The notes under the pieces are model-generated. The model saw nothing but the letters and a program-made list of their open reading frames with translations, searched no databases and was not told the DNA's origin. This document shows, one piece after another, positions 32,014-40,476 of a stretch of 40,476 nucleotides of DNA. This DNA is from a virus. Taxonomy: Duplodnaviria; Caudoviricetes. The stretch's first letter is position 1. Every line of letters starts with the position of its first letter. The stretch is taken from the IMG/VR virus record IMGVR_UViG_3300016471_000324, positions 1-40,476 of that record. One strand, 5' to 3'. Both the position numbers and the translations under genes were made by a program.

Positions 32014-33514
32014 AGCCGATATCGCCCCGCCAGCCACGTCGCAGACGTCGCCGCCAACCGAAGACGCCTCGCCCGAAGAGTGGGCCGTCTTCGCGCAGCG
32101 GATCAGGGCCGAGAAGGACCGGCGGTTCTCCGAGAACCGGCTGGCGCACTACAGGCCCTACGCCAAGCAGCTAGAGTTCCACGCGGCCGGGTGTCTCCCG
32201 ATCTACGAGCGCCTGTTCATGGCCGGGAACCAGCTAGGCAAGACGTTCGCCGGAGCCGCGGAGGTCGCCATGCACCTCACCGGCCGCTACCCGCAGTGGT
32301 GGCCTGGCCGCCGGTGGGATCGGCCGACGACGTGGCTCGCCGGATCGGTGTCGAGCGAGCTTACCCGCGACGGCGTTCAACGCCTGCTCGTCGGCACCCC
32401 CAAGGTCGAGGCCGAATGGGGCACCGGCTACGTCCCCAAGGACGCGCTGCTCGATTGGTCGCGGCGGCAGGGCGTGCCCGACGCGCTCGATTCCATCACC
32501 GTCAAGCACGCAGCGGGCGGGGCGTCCACCCTCCTGTTCAAGTCTTACGACCAAGGGCGCGAGAAGTGGCAGGCCAACACCGTCGACGGGGTGTGGTTCG
32601 ACGAAGAGCCCCCGCAGGACGTCTACTCCGAAGGGATCACCCGCACGACGGCGACCAGCGGCTCGACCTTCTGCACCTTCACGCCGCTGCTCGGCATGTC
32701 CGAGGTCGTGCGCCGGTTCCTCAACGAGAAGGACGCTCACCGCGCGGTCGTCACCATGACGATCCACGACGCCGAGCACATCAGCCCCGAAGAGCGCGAG
32801 CGCATCATCGCCCGCTACCCCGAACACGAGCGCGAAGCCCGCGCCATGGGGGTGCCGATCCTCGGCTCCGGCCGCATCTTCCCGATCGCCGAGAGCCGCA
32901 TCCTCATTCCGCCGTTCAAGCTGCCCGATCACTGGCCCCTGATCGGCGGCCTCGACTTCGGGTGGGATCACCCCACGGCCGCCGCCAAGCTCGCATGGGA
33001 TCGCGACAACGACGTGGTGTATCTCGTGCGCGAGCACAGGTTGAGCAAAGCGACGCCAAAGCAGCACGTCGCCACTATCGGCGACAAGCGCTCGTGGGGC
33101 GATATCCCGTGGGCGTGGCCGCATGACGGCATGATCGCCGACAAGGGCTCGGGCGAGCAGCTTGCCAAGCAATACAAGCAGGCCGGGCTCAACATGCTCG
33201 GGGAGCATGCGCAGTTCCCGAACGGCTCGAACTCCGTCGAGGCCGGGGTGCTCGAAATGCTGGAGCGCATGAACGACGGCCGGTGGAAAGTCTTCGACGG
33301 CGTGTGCCCGCTCTGGCTCGAAGAGTTCCGCCTCTACCACCGCGAAGACGGCAAGATCGTGAAGGAGTTCGACGATCTGATCTCCGCTAGCAGGTATGCC
33401 ATGATGATGCTAAGACACGCGCGCATCGCCCGCCGGAGCGTCAACCCGTTCGGCTTCGACGAGCGCGGCGGCCCCGGCAGGATCGCAGAGGGCACGGGCG
33501 AACCGAACTGGTAG
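32006..33514 (+). CDS. terL: Terminase large subunit
   Basis: Walker A AGNQLGKT, Walker B VWFDEE, TFTP, nuclease GLDFG and DDLISASRYA; AGGAGG RBS before TTG. Confidence 0.93.
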   Translation: MSEADIAPPATSQTSPPTEDASPEEWAVFAQRIRAEKDRRFSENRLAHYRPYAKQLEFHAAGCLPIYERLFMAGNQLGKTFAGAAEVAMHLTGRYPQWWPGRRWDRPTTWLAGSVSSELTRDGVQRLLVGTPKVEAEWGTGYVPKDALLDWSRRQGVPDALDSITVKHAAGGASTLLFKSYDQGREKWQANTVDGVWFDEEPPQDVYSEGITRTTATSGSTFCTFTPLLGMSEVVRRFLNEKDAHRAVVTMTIHDAEHISPEERERIIARYPEHEREARAMGVPILGSGRIFPIAESRILIPPFKLPDHWPLIGGLDFGWDHPTAAAKLAWDRDNDVVYLVREHRLSKATPKQHVATIGDKRSWGDIPWAWPHDGMIADKGSGEQLAKQYKQAGLNMLGEHAQFPNGSNSVEAGVLEMLERMNDGRWKVFDGVCPLWLEEFRLYHREDGKIVKEFDDLISASRYAMMMLRHARIARRSVNPFGFDERGGPGRIAEGTGEPNW

Positions 33515-33524
33515 GAGCAAAGGC

Positions 33525-33758
33525 ATGAGTTTCATCCCGAAAGTGGCAGGCGGGCTCGTAGGCGGAGCGCTCGGGGGGCCGATCGGCGCGGTGGCGGGCG
33601 GCGCGATCGGCCGCGCTGTCTTCGGCGGTGGCAAAAAGAACAAGCCGCACCCGCGCGCCAACGACCCCTACTACAAGCCGCAGACCGACGCCAACGGCAA
33701 CCCCATCTCGACAGGCGGCTATCGTTCCGGTAGAGGTTCGTCCTCGCTCTCCGTCTAA
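33525..33758 (+). CDS. Glycine-zipper small protein, probably virion-associated
   Basis: GGLVGGALGGPIGAVAGGAIG; AGGAG RBS. Confidence 0.65.
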   Translation: MSFIPKVAGGLVGGALGGPIGAVAGGAIGRAVFGGGKKNKPHPRANDPYYKPQTDANGNPISTGGYRSGRGSSSLSV

Positions 33759-33772
33759 GGAAAGGAACCACC

Positions 33773-33961
33773 ATGTCCGAAAAGAAGTTCGCCCCGATCC
33801 GCGATCAGGGCACGCAGGCATCCGAACTCGGCCTGTCGCGCGACGACTGCCCCTACGCCGATGGCGACAATCGCGAAGCGTGGCTCGAAGCCTTCGACGA
33901 CGCCGAAGCCGCCAAGGCTCTCGAAGCCGAAGCCGCGGCTCCCGCTCCGGCGGGCGAGTAA
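33773..33961 (+). CDS. Ribosome modulation factor (Rmf/CrpP)-like protein
   Basis: GTQASELGLSRDDCPY...REAWLEAF aligns by eye with RMF GYQAGIAGRSKEMCPY...RSQWLGGW. Confidence 0.6.
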   Translation: MSEKKFAPIRDQGTQASELGLSRDDCPYADGDNREAWLEAFDDAEAAKALEAEAAAPAPAGE

Positions 33962-33966
33962 CCGGC

Positions 33967-34155
33967 ATGGCGGGCCTGTTCTCCAAGCCGAAGGTGCCCG
34001 AGCCGCCGCCGGTTCCGACCGTCGACGACGCGCAGGCCCGGCAGAACGCTATGGACCGCACGCTGCGGCGCGGTCGCGCAACGACCGTGCTCACGGGTGA
34101 CACGGGCCTTCCCGATCTCGGGAAAACGAGAACGCCCTCCGCCACGGCGGGGTGA
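33967..34155 (+). CDS. Small pre-portal virion protein (T7 gp7.3-like position)
   Basis: MAGLFSKPKVPEPPP...RRGRATTVLT pattern. Confidence 0.7.
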   Translation: MAGLFSKPKVPEPPPVPTVDDAQARQNAMDRTLRRGRATTVLTGDTGLPDLGKTRTPSATAG

Positions 34156-34159
34156 CGTG

Positions 34160-34213
34160 GACCGGCTGGCGCGGGTGTATCTCCGTGCCGAAGCGCCAGC
34201 CGGTCTTTGATTT
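34160..34213 (+). terminator. 13 bp hairpin before portal (terminator/processing site)
   Basis: GACCGGCTGGCGC-N20-GCGCCAGCCGGTC then TTTGATTT. Confidence 0.45.
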
Positions 34214-34237
34214 CAGGGGGTGCGCGTGGAAGGCAAC

Positions 34238-35869
34238 ATGACTGCGAGCGAGATCATCAAGCAGGCCGACAAGGCCCGCGCGGATCGCTGCAATTTCGAC
34301 AATCAGTTCGAGCAGATCGCGCGCTACGTCCTGCCGCGCATGGGCGACTTCAACACCAAGCGCGAGAAGGGCGCTCGGCGCGACGAGTTTATCTACGATT
34401 CGACCGCCCCCCTGGCCTTGCCGAGCTTCGCCGCGGCGATCGAAAGCCTCGTGATCCCGCGCACGCAGAAGTATCACGGCTACCGGCCCTCCAACCCCGC
34501 GCTGCTCGAAAACCTCGACGTCATGTCGTGGCTGGAGCAGCTTCGCGATCTCACCTTCCGGCTCCGCTATTCGGCCCGGTCGAACTTCGCCTCGCAGGCG
34601 AGCGAGGTGTTCCTGTCTCTCGGCGCGTTCGGCACCGGAGCGCTGCTGATCGAAGACGGCATGTCGCGGGGCATCCTCTACCGCTCGATCCCTCTCTCGC
34701 AGCTTTGGCTCGTCGAGGACGCATGGGGCTTCATCGTCGGCTTCTACTGGCGCTACGAACTCACGGTGAAGCAGGCGGTCGACAAGTTCGGGCGCGAAAA
34801 TCTGCCCGAGAACGTCACCAAGTTCTACGAGAGCGAGCCGGAGAAGACGTTCGAGTTCATCTTCCACGTCTGCCAGAACATGAACCGCAAGCCCGGCAAC
34901 GTCGGCTACGAGGGCATGGCCTACCGCGCCTACGACGTCTTGTGCGAAGGCAAGCACATGATCCGCGAAGGCGGCTACCGCACCTTCCCCCTGGCCGTCT
35001 CGCGCTACACCGTCGCCCCCGGCGAGGTCTACGGCCGTAGCCCGGCGTGGGATGCGCTCGCGGATATCAAGACGCTCAACGAGATGGCGAAGACGAGCTT
35101 GCGCTACGGCCAGCTTGTCACCGACCCGCCGTGGCTGACGGCTGACGTCGACGCGATGACGCCCTTCTCGATGCGTGCCGGAGCGATCAACGCGGGCTAC
35201 ATGAACGAGCGCGGGGAGGTGCTGGCGAAGAGCGCGGCTCCGCAGGGCGATCCGCGCTTCAGCCTCGAACTCCAAGATCAGCGGCGGCAGTCGATCAACC
35301 GCAGCTTCCTCGTGACGCTGTTTCAGATCCTCGTCGAGACGCCCGAGATGACGGCCACGGAGGCCATGCTGCGCGCGCAGGAGAAGGGCGCTCTGCTCGC
35401 CCCGACCATGGGCCGCCAGCAGTCGGAGTTCCTTGGCACCATCGTCGCGCGGGAACTTGATATCATGGACGCCAGCGGCGTGATCGAGGACGCGCTGCCG
35501 CCCATGCCCGAAGAACTCGCCATGTCGGGCGGGGCGCTGGAGATCGAATACGACAGCCCGCTCACCCGTGCGCAGCGCGCCGAAGAGGGCGTTGGCGTGC
35601 TGCGCACGCTGGAGACTGTCGGCACGATCGCGCAATACGACGAGGGCGTGCTCGAAGAGATCAACTACCGGCGCGCCCTGAAGGTCGTCGCCGACGCGAA
35701 CGGCGCGCCACTCGGCATGTTCAACACCCCCGCCGAGAAGGAAGCCATTGCGGCCGCCAAGCAGGAGCAGCAGGATTTGCAGCTTGCCCTTCAGGCGGCA
35801 CCCGTCATCGCCGACACGGCGAAGAGCGCTGCGCAAGCGCAGCAGGCGTCCACGGCCGCGCCTTTCTAG
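34238..35869 (+). CDS. Portal (head-to-tail connector) protein
   Basis: IYDST, SNF, FGTG, GEVYGRSP, MTATE and EYDSPL motifs; start may be 34220. Confidence 0.92.
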   Translation: MTASEIIKQADKARADRCNFDNQFEQIARYVLPRMGDFNTKREKGARRDEFIYDSTAPLALPSFAAAIESLVIPRTQKYHGYRPSNPALLENLDVMSWLEQLRDLTFRLRYSARSNFASQASEVFLSLGAFGTGALLIEDGMSRGILYRSIPLSQLWLVEDAWGFIVGFYWRYELTVKQAVDKFGRENLPENVTKFYESEPEKTFEFIFHVCQNMNRKPGNVGYEGMAYRAYDVLCEGKHMIREGGYRTFPLAVSRYTVAPGEVYGRSPAWDALADIKTLNEMAKTSLRYGQLVTDPPWLTADVDAMTPFSMRAGAINAGYMNERGEVLAKSAAPQGDPRFSLELQDQRRQSINRSFLVTLFQILVETPEMTATEAMLRAQEKGALLAPTMGRQQSEFLGTIVARELDIMDASGVIEDALPPMPEELAMSGGALEIEYDSPLTRAQRAEEGVGVLRTLETVGTIAQYDEGVLEEINYRRALKVVADANGAPLGMFNTPAEKEAIAAAKQEQQDLQLALQAAPVIADTAKSAAQAQQASTAAPF

Positions 35870-35893
35870 GGCCGAAAGCAACGGAGAAGTGAA

Positions 35894-36382
35894 ATGCGCG
35901 CTTTCATCGGAACCAAACTGATCCTCGCCACCGCCATGACGCGGCTCGCCTACCACGCCTACCGCGGGTGGACGCTGCCCGAAAACGAGAACGGCGCGGA
36001 TGAAGGCTTTCTCGTTGAGTATGTCGACGGCGGCGCGAGCAACGACCCGCGGCACGAAGGCTACATTTCGTGGAGCCCGGCCGACGTCTTCGCTCGCGCC
36101 TATCGGCCGACCGACGCCATGAGCTTCGGCCGCGCCGTCGAGATGCTGAAGCTCGGCCGTAAGGTCGCGCGTGCGGGTTGGAACGGAAAGGGCATGTTCC
36201 TGTTCCTCGTCCCCGGCTCGACCTTCACCGTGAACCGGCCGCCGCTTCTCGGGATATACCCCGAAGGGACGCAGATCGACTATCATGCGCACATCGACAT
36301 GAAGACTGCGCAAGGCTACGTGGTGCCGTGGCTCGCTTCGCAGGCCGACATTCTCGCCGACGACTGGCAGATCGTCGAATAA
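35894..36382 (+). CDS. Two-domain protein with C-terminal DUF2829/Tad2-like anti-defence sponge domain
   Basis: MSFGRAVEMLKLGRKVARAGWNGKGMF...WLASQADILADDW; N-terminal FIGTK...EGFLVEY...SWSP..VF..AY domain. Confidence 0.8.
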   Translation: MRAFIGTKLILATAMTRLAYHAYRGWTLPENENGADEGFLVEYVDGGASNDPRHEGYISWSPADVFARAYRPTDAMSFGRAVEMLKLGRKVARAGWNGKGMFLFLVPGSTFTVNRPPLLGIYPEGTQIDYHAHIDMKTAQGYVVPWLASQADILADDWQIVE

Positions 36383-36406
36383 GGCGCTCAACAACGGAGA
36401 ACCACC

Positions 36407-36691
36407 ATGAGCCTCATGCTCGAAACCAAGGACAAAGACGCGCTCGGGATCGCTCACGACCGCTTCAAGAAGGGCGATATCACCAGCTTCGTCGTCGTCA
36501 CCGTCGATCTGCTCGGCAACACCGAAGTCAGCTACGACGTCAACATGGCGGTGCGCAGCCAGACCGTTCCGCTGCTCAACAAGCTCGGCGGAGGGCTCAT
36601 GGCGGCGCTCGAAGCGCTGCGCCAGCTTGCGATCGAGCAGCGGATCGCGAGCAACATCCAGCGCGGTCAGAATCCGTTCGAGACGAACTGA
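36407..36691 (+). CDS. Hypothetical protein (94 aa)
   Basis: AACGGAGA RBS; typical codon bias. Confidence 0.7.
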   Translation: MSLMLETKDKDALGIAHDRFKKGDITSFVVVTVDLLGNTEVSYDVNMAVRSQTVPLLNKLGGGLMAALEALRQLAIEQRIASNIQRGQNPFETN

Positions 36692-36692
36692 C

Positions 36693-36959
36693 ATGTCGGC
36701 GCGCTACCGGCGCAAGCAAATCGCCATTCGCCGACTGCTGCTCGATCCGAGAGGGCAGTTGAACCGTGACGCCCGAGTGCTGGCCGTGGAGTTGAAGAAG
36801 CTCTGCTGCGGCTCTCTGACGCAATACGACCGCAATGGCGCGGTCGACCCGATAGCTACGGCGGCCGCCGCGCAGCGTCGGGAGGTGTGGGATCACTTCG
36901 TAAAGCTCCTGCACCTCGAACCTTACGAGGCGGCAAACCTACGAGAAGAGGAACAGTAA
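36693..36959 (+). CDS. Small conserved pre-scaffold protein (Bbp19-like)
   Basis: VLAVELKKLC...DPIATAAAAQRREVW pattern; between portal and scaffold. Confidence 0.65.
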   Translation: MSARYRRKQIAIRRLLLDPRGQLNRDARVLAVELKKLCCGSLTQYDRNGAVDPIATAAAAQRREVWDHFVKLLHLEPYEAANLREEEQ

Positions 36960-37955
36960 ATGGCAACGAATCCGGGGTCCGCAGCACTCTCCGCGGGCAA
37001 CCCTGATCCGACCGGCGGTGCTGGCGGCGCAGGGCAACAGACCAATCCGCCGGCCGATCCGGGCCAGGGCGGCACACCGACGCCGACACCCACTCCCACG
37101 CCGACCGACACGCCTTGGTTCCAGCAGGCGGGGATCGACCCGAAATACGCCCCGGCCATCGCGGCGAAGGGGTGGACAAACCCGAACGACATTCTGGAGA
37201 GCTACACCAACGTCGAGAAGCTGGTGAGCTTGGAGCGCGGCGGCGACGTCGACCGCATCCTCGTGAAGCCGAAGGCCGACGCCACTCCGGAAGAGATCGC
37301 CGCGTTCCGCGCCAAGGCGGGATTCTCGGCTCCGGCCGACGTCGCCGATTACGGCTTCACGCCCGAGAGCGTGCAGGCGACGGCGACCGATCTCTTCACC
37401 GCAGCGGGCCTCCCCGTCGAGCTTTCGCAGCAGTTCGCCGCGGAGATGACGCCCGTGGTCGAGAAGGCGACGGCGTGGTTCCAGCGCGCAGGCTTGCCGC
37501 CGGAGATCGCGAAGGGGCTCGTGAACGACGTTCTGTCCGACGAGGTGGCGGGCCTGAAGGCGTTTCACACCGCTTCGGATCAGGAATACACCGCGCTTCA
37601 GCAGGAGATGGGCGACAAGTTCGGCGACTTCGAGGAAGCCGGGCGGCGCGCCTTCCGGGCGTCGGGGCTCGAAAAGGGCGTGCTCGACAAGATCGAGCTT
37701 GCGATCGGCACCAAGGCCATGATGAACATGTTCGGCAAGTTCGGCCAGGCGATGACGGAGGCGTCGGCTCCGACCCCCGGCAAGCAAGGCGGCACCTCGC
37801 AGTTCACGCAGACGGCCGATCAGGCGAAGCAGCGGATCGACACGCTCTCGCGCGACAGCGATTTCCAAGCAAAACTGCTGTCGCCCAACCCCGAAGTGCG
37901 CAAGGCAGCCAACGCCGAATGGGAGAGCCTGTTCAAGACTGCATATCCCTCTTGA
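36960..37955 (+). CDS. Capsid scaffolding/assembly protein
   Basis: Pro/Thr/Gly-rich N-terminus; ESYTNVEKL; acidic helical protein directly upstream of capsid gene. Confidence 0.75.
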   Translation: MATNPGSAALSAGNPDPTGGAGGAGQQTNPPADPGQGGTPTPTPTPTPTDTPWFQQAGIDPKYAPAIAAKGWTNPNDILESYTNVEKLVSLERGGDVDRILVKPKADATPEEIAAFRAKAGFSAPADVADYGFTPESVQATATDLFTAAGLPVELSQQFAAEMTPVVEKATAWFQRAGLPPEIAKGLVNDVLSDEVAGLKAFHTASDQEYTALQQEMGDKFGDFEEAGRRAFRASGLEKGVLDKIELAIGTKAMMNMFGKFGQAMTEASAPTPGKQGGTSQFTQTADQAKQRIDTLSRDSDFQAKLLSPNPEVRKAANAEWESLFKTAYPS

Positions 37956-38041
37956 CGCATAACTGGCAATTCAGCTATCCAGCCGTCGAGGGGCATCAAT
38001 TGCTCTCGACGGCTGGCCCGGAGGGAACCGGATAACTGGCA
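37952..38041 (+). promoter_or_regulatory. Capsid gene promoter and structured leader
   Basis: TTGACG at 37952; ~14 bp hairpin 37979-38016; ATAACTGGCA twice (37959, 38032). Confidence 0.5.
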
Positions 38042-38062
38042 TGGCAACAAGGGAAATCAGCC

Positions 38063-38965
38063 ATGTCGTTTCAGGTTCCGACCCACTTCGTTCAGGCATA
38101 CAGCACCAACGTCGAAATGCTGCTCCAGCAGCGCGGCGGGAAGCTGCTCGCCACCGTCATGCAAGGCTCCTACACCGGCAAGGGTGCCAAGGCCGTCGAG
38201 CAGATCGGCGCGGTCAAGCCGGTGAAGAATCTCGGGCGTCACTCCGACACCCCCCTGATCTCGACCCCGGCCGACGCGCGTTGGGTGTTCCCCAACGACT
38301 ACGAATGGGCCGATCTGATCGACGATCAGGACCGCCTGCGTATGCTGATCGACCCGCAGTCGGGCTACGTGCAGAACGGCGTCAACGCCGTGCGCCGCGC
38401 GCAGGACGATGAAATCCTTCAGGCGTTCTTCGCCGCTTCGGCGACCGGCGAAAACGGCACCGCCTCGACCGCCTTCCCGGCGGGGCAGCAGGTGGGCGTG
38501 AACGTCGGCGGCACGAACTCGAACCTCAACGTCGCCAAGCTGCGCGCCGCCAAGCGCCTCTTCATGAGCGCGGGCGTCGACCTCGAATACGAGAAGCTGT
38601 TCGCCGCGATCACCTCGAACGATCACGACGGCCTGCTCAACGAAATTCAGGTCACGAACCTCGACTACAACACCCGCCCGACCCTCGTGGAAGGCAAGGT
38701 GACGGCCTTCATGGGCTTCAACTTCATCCCGGTCGAGTTCAACGATGCGACCGCCTACGACGCCGCGGCCACCATGGGCGGCTCGACCCGCCTCGTGCCC
38801 GCATGGTGCTCGACCGCCATGCACCTCGGCATGTGGAACGACGTCACCAGCCGCGTCGACGTGCGCCCCGACAAGCGCTACGCCACGCAGGTCTACGTCA
38901 AGTCGACCGTCGGCGCGACCCGCTTGCAGGAACGCAAGGTCGTGCAGATTTCGACCACCGGCTAA
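38063..38965 (+). CDS. Major capsid protein
   Basis: 300 aa; FVQAYSTNVEMLLQQRGGKL, DLIDDQD, RRAQDDEI, FMGFNFI, GATRLQE. Confidence 0.9.
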   Translation: MSFQVPTHFVQAYSTNVEMLLQQRGGKLLATVMQGSYTGKGAKAVEQIGAVKPVKNLGRHSDTPLISTPADARWVFPNDYEWADLIDDQDRLRMLIDPQSGYVQNGVNAVRRAQDDEILQAFFAASATGENGTASTAFPAGQQVGVNVGGTNSNLNVAKLRAAKRLFMSAGVDLEYEKLFAAITSNDHDGLLNEIQVTNLDYNTRPTLVEGKVTAFMGFNFIPVEFNDATAYDAAATMGGSTRLVPAWCSTAMHLGMWNDVTSRVDVRPDKRYATQVYVKSTVGATRLQERKVVQISTTG

Positions 38966-39006
38966 TCCGGTTTCGGCTCGACACATAGACGAAAGGAAAC
39001 ACGGAA

Positions 39007-39477
39007 ATGCCCCTTCTCTATTCGCAGAACCTCGCAGGCCAGGCCGCGCGGCCGATCATCAAGCCGAGCGATCCCGGTTACGGCGGCCGCGTTTTCCGCT
39101 TCCGCGCGACGATCAACCTCGCCGCCGTGGCGACTGCGACCTTCGGCTCGACGCAGGCCGGTATCCCGGCCGCCGATTGGGTGATGCTCGGCATCATCCC
39201 GGCGGGCTACGTCTTCGACTTCGGGATCATCACCTCGTCGGTGTCGCTCGGCACTTCGGTGGCCGCCATCGGCACTTCGCCGACGCACGCCTCCAACGGC
39301 CAGCTTCGCGCGGCGGCGACCTTCACGGCGGTCGAAACCCCGACGCTCTTTGGCACGACGGCCGCGCAATCGGCCGCAGCGCTGACGATCGACACCCCGA
39401 TCTTCCTCACGATCGCGACGGCGACGACCCCGACTTCGGGCACGCTGGTGATCGACCTCTACTACAACAAGGCGTAA
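39007..39477 (+). CDS. Capsid decoration/cement protein candidate
   Basis: 156 aa, beta-rich Ala/Thr/Gly, immediately after capsid gene. Confidence 0.6.
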   Translation: MPLLYSQNLAGQAARPIIKPSDPGYGGRVFRFRATINLAAVATATFGSTQAGIPAADWVMLGIIPAGYVFDFGIITSSVSLGTSVAAIGTSPTHASNGQLRAAATFTAVETPTLFGTTAAQSAAALTIDTPIFLTIATATTPTSGTLVIDLYYNKA

Positions 39478-39490
39478 GGGGGCACCCAAC

Positions 39491-39694
39491 GTGGCGGTTC
39501 AATTCGACAGCGTTCCGCGTCCGCAGAACGATAACAGCGGGATTACCGTCACGTTGGGCGTTGCCAACCCCGGAAGCGGGATTGGTATGCGCCTGATTAT
39601 CGACGATACCGTAATCACCTCGGAGCAGGACGCTTGGCTTGCTCTGCGCGCGATCAGCAACGAGATTCGTCGTCGCCCCTGGCCGGTGAGTTAA
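39491..39694 (+). CDS. Hypothetical protein (67 aa)
   Basis: AAGGGGG RBS, GTG start, fills gap. Confidence 0.55.
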   Translation: MAVQFDSVPRPQNDNSGITVTLGVANPGSGIGMRLIIDDTVITSEQDAWLALRAISNEIRRRPWPVS

Positions 39695-39697
39695 CCC

Positions 39698-39895
39698 ATG
39701 AAACTGATCCGATCCTTTCTGGCGCTCTGCGCTCTCGCTCTGTCGGTTCCAGCCTTTGCGCAGGCAACCTACCCGATCCCCTCGGGATCGCGCGTAAACG
39801 GCGTTGTGCCGCTTACGTGTAACACGACCGGCGCGAACTGCGTTCCGGTGACGGGCTCGGTGCACTGCAACCTCCAAGGCTGCACGGGCAGCTAA
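39698..39895 (+). CDS. Small secreted protein with signal peptide and four Cys
   Basis: MKLIRSFLALCALALSVPAFA-Q signal peptidase I pattern. Confidence 0.6.
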   Translation: MKLIRSFLALCALALSVPAFAQATYPIPSGSRVNGVVPLTCNTTGANCVPVTGSVHCNLQGCTGS

Positions 39896-39920
39896 CCGCC
39901 CGCGCGAAGGACGCCGGGCC

Positions 39921-40476
39921 ATGAGCAACAAGACGGAAGTCATCAATCGGGCGCTCGTCAAGATCGGGGCGAACACCATCGCCTCGCCCGACGAAGCGTC
40001 CGAGCAGGCCCGCAAGGCGCTCCTGATCTTCGAGACGGTCGCGCAGAACGAACTACGGCGGCAGGCGTGGAGCTTCTCGAAGAAGCGCGCCACGCTCGCG
40101 CCCTTGGCCGTCGCGACCGGCGGCGACGAGTTCCGCAACTCGTTCAACCTGCCCTCCGACTGCCTCCGGCTTATCACCCTCAACGGCAGTTGGGTGTTCA
40201 CCGCGATCCGCGAAGCGAACAACGGGCTCGCCCCCTACTATGCGATCGAGGGTCGCACCCTTCAGGCCAACGACGCCGCCGCGAAGATCGTCTACGTCTC
40301 CGACGTCACCGGCTCCGTGTCGCTATGGGATGCGGCGTTTGTCGAGGCGTTCGCGTGCCGCCTGGCCGTCGAGCTTGTGCAGTCGATCAACAAGAACATG
40401 CAGTTGAAGCAGTCGCTCAAGCAGGACTACATGGAGGCGCTGAAGGAAGCGAAGCGCACCAACGCGATCGAGCTTC
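39921..40476 (+). CDS. Tail tubular protein A / adaptor (continues at 1..50)
   Basis: VINRALVKIGA, WSFSKKR, FNLPSDCLRL, WDAAFVEAFACRLA motifs. Confidence 0.85.
   Translation, partial: MSNKTEVINRALVKIGANTIASPDEASEQARKALLIFETVAQNELRRQAWSFSKKRATLAPLAVATGGDEFRNSFNLPSDCLRLITLNGSWVFTAIREANNGLAPYYAIEGRTLQANDAAAKIVYVSDVTGSVSLWDAAFVEAFACRLAVELVQSINKNMQLKQSLKQDYMEALKEAKRTNAIEL

Noticed and set aside
13796-36406. Recurrent AACGGAGA sequence
   Set aside because: Nearly always a few bases upstream of a start codon; explained as the ribosome-binding site
37070-37115. Thr-Pro repeat in scaffold protein
   Set aside because: Low-complexity linker with degenerate codons, common in scaffold N-termini
38930-39010. 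Programmed frameshift extending the capsid protein as in T7 10B
   Set aside because: No slippery sequence seen, and the next gene has its own RBS

Overview
The window looks like a complete, circularly permuted ~40.5 kb genome of a high-GC short-tailed (podovirus-type) phage. The last ORF (39921..40476) reads in frame into bases 1..50. The host is probably an alphaproteobacterium (inference only). The plus strand carries the virion and lysis genes: TerS, TerL, portal, scaffold, major capsid, tail tube A/B, ejection proteins, tailspike, M15 endolysin, holin and overlapping spanins, in a T7/BPP-1-like order. The minus strand carries early accessory genes and a replication module: Gp88-like protein, nucleotidyltransferase-like protein, RuvC-like resolvase, C5 methyltransferase, SNF2 helicase, DUF2800 exonuclease, DUF2815 SSB, DUF6378, family A polymerase, prim-pol/AAA helicase and HNH. 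I saw no integrase, phage RNA polymerase, tRNA, CRISPR array or reverse transcriptase. Main observations: (1) three unrelated proteins end in V[N/D]PASLF with different codons, and a second motif, A[A/V]D[F/L]AGV, is shared by three replication proteins, suggesting a peptide-docking network; (2) the helicase gene holds a fossil homing-endonuclease invasion, with a duplicated recoded N-terminus and an out-of-frame HNH C-terminus; (3) the methyltransferase appears to be two polypeptides, with the second chain nested in the +1 frame; (4) a Tad2-like anti-defence fusion sits in the head operon; (5) there are several repeated cis elements. All family assignments come from motif recognition by eye, not database searches.
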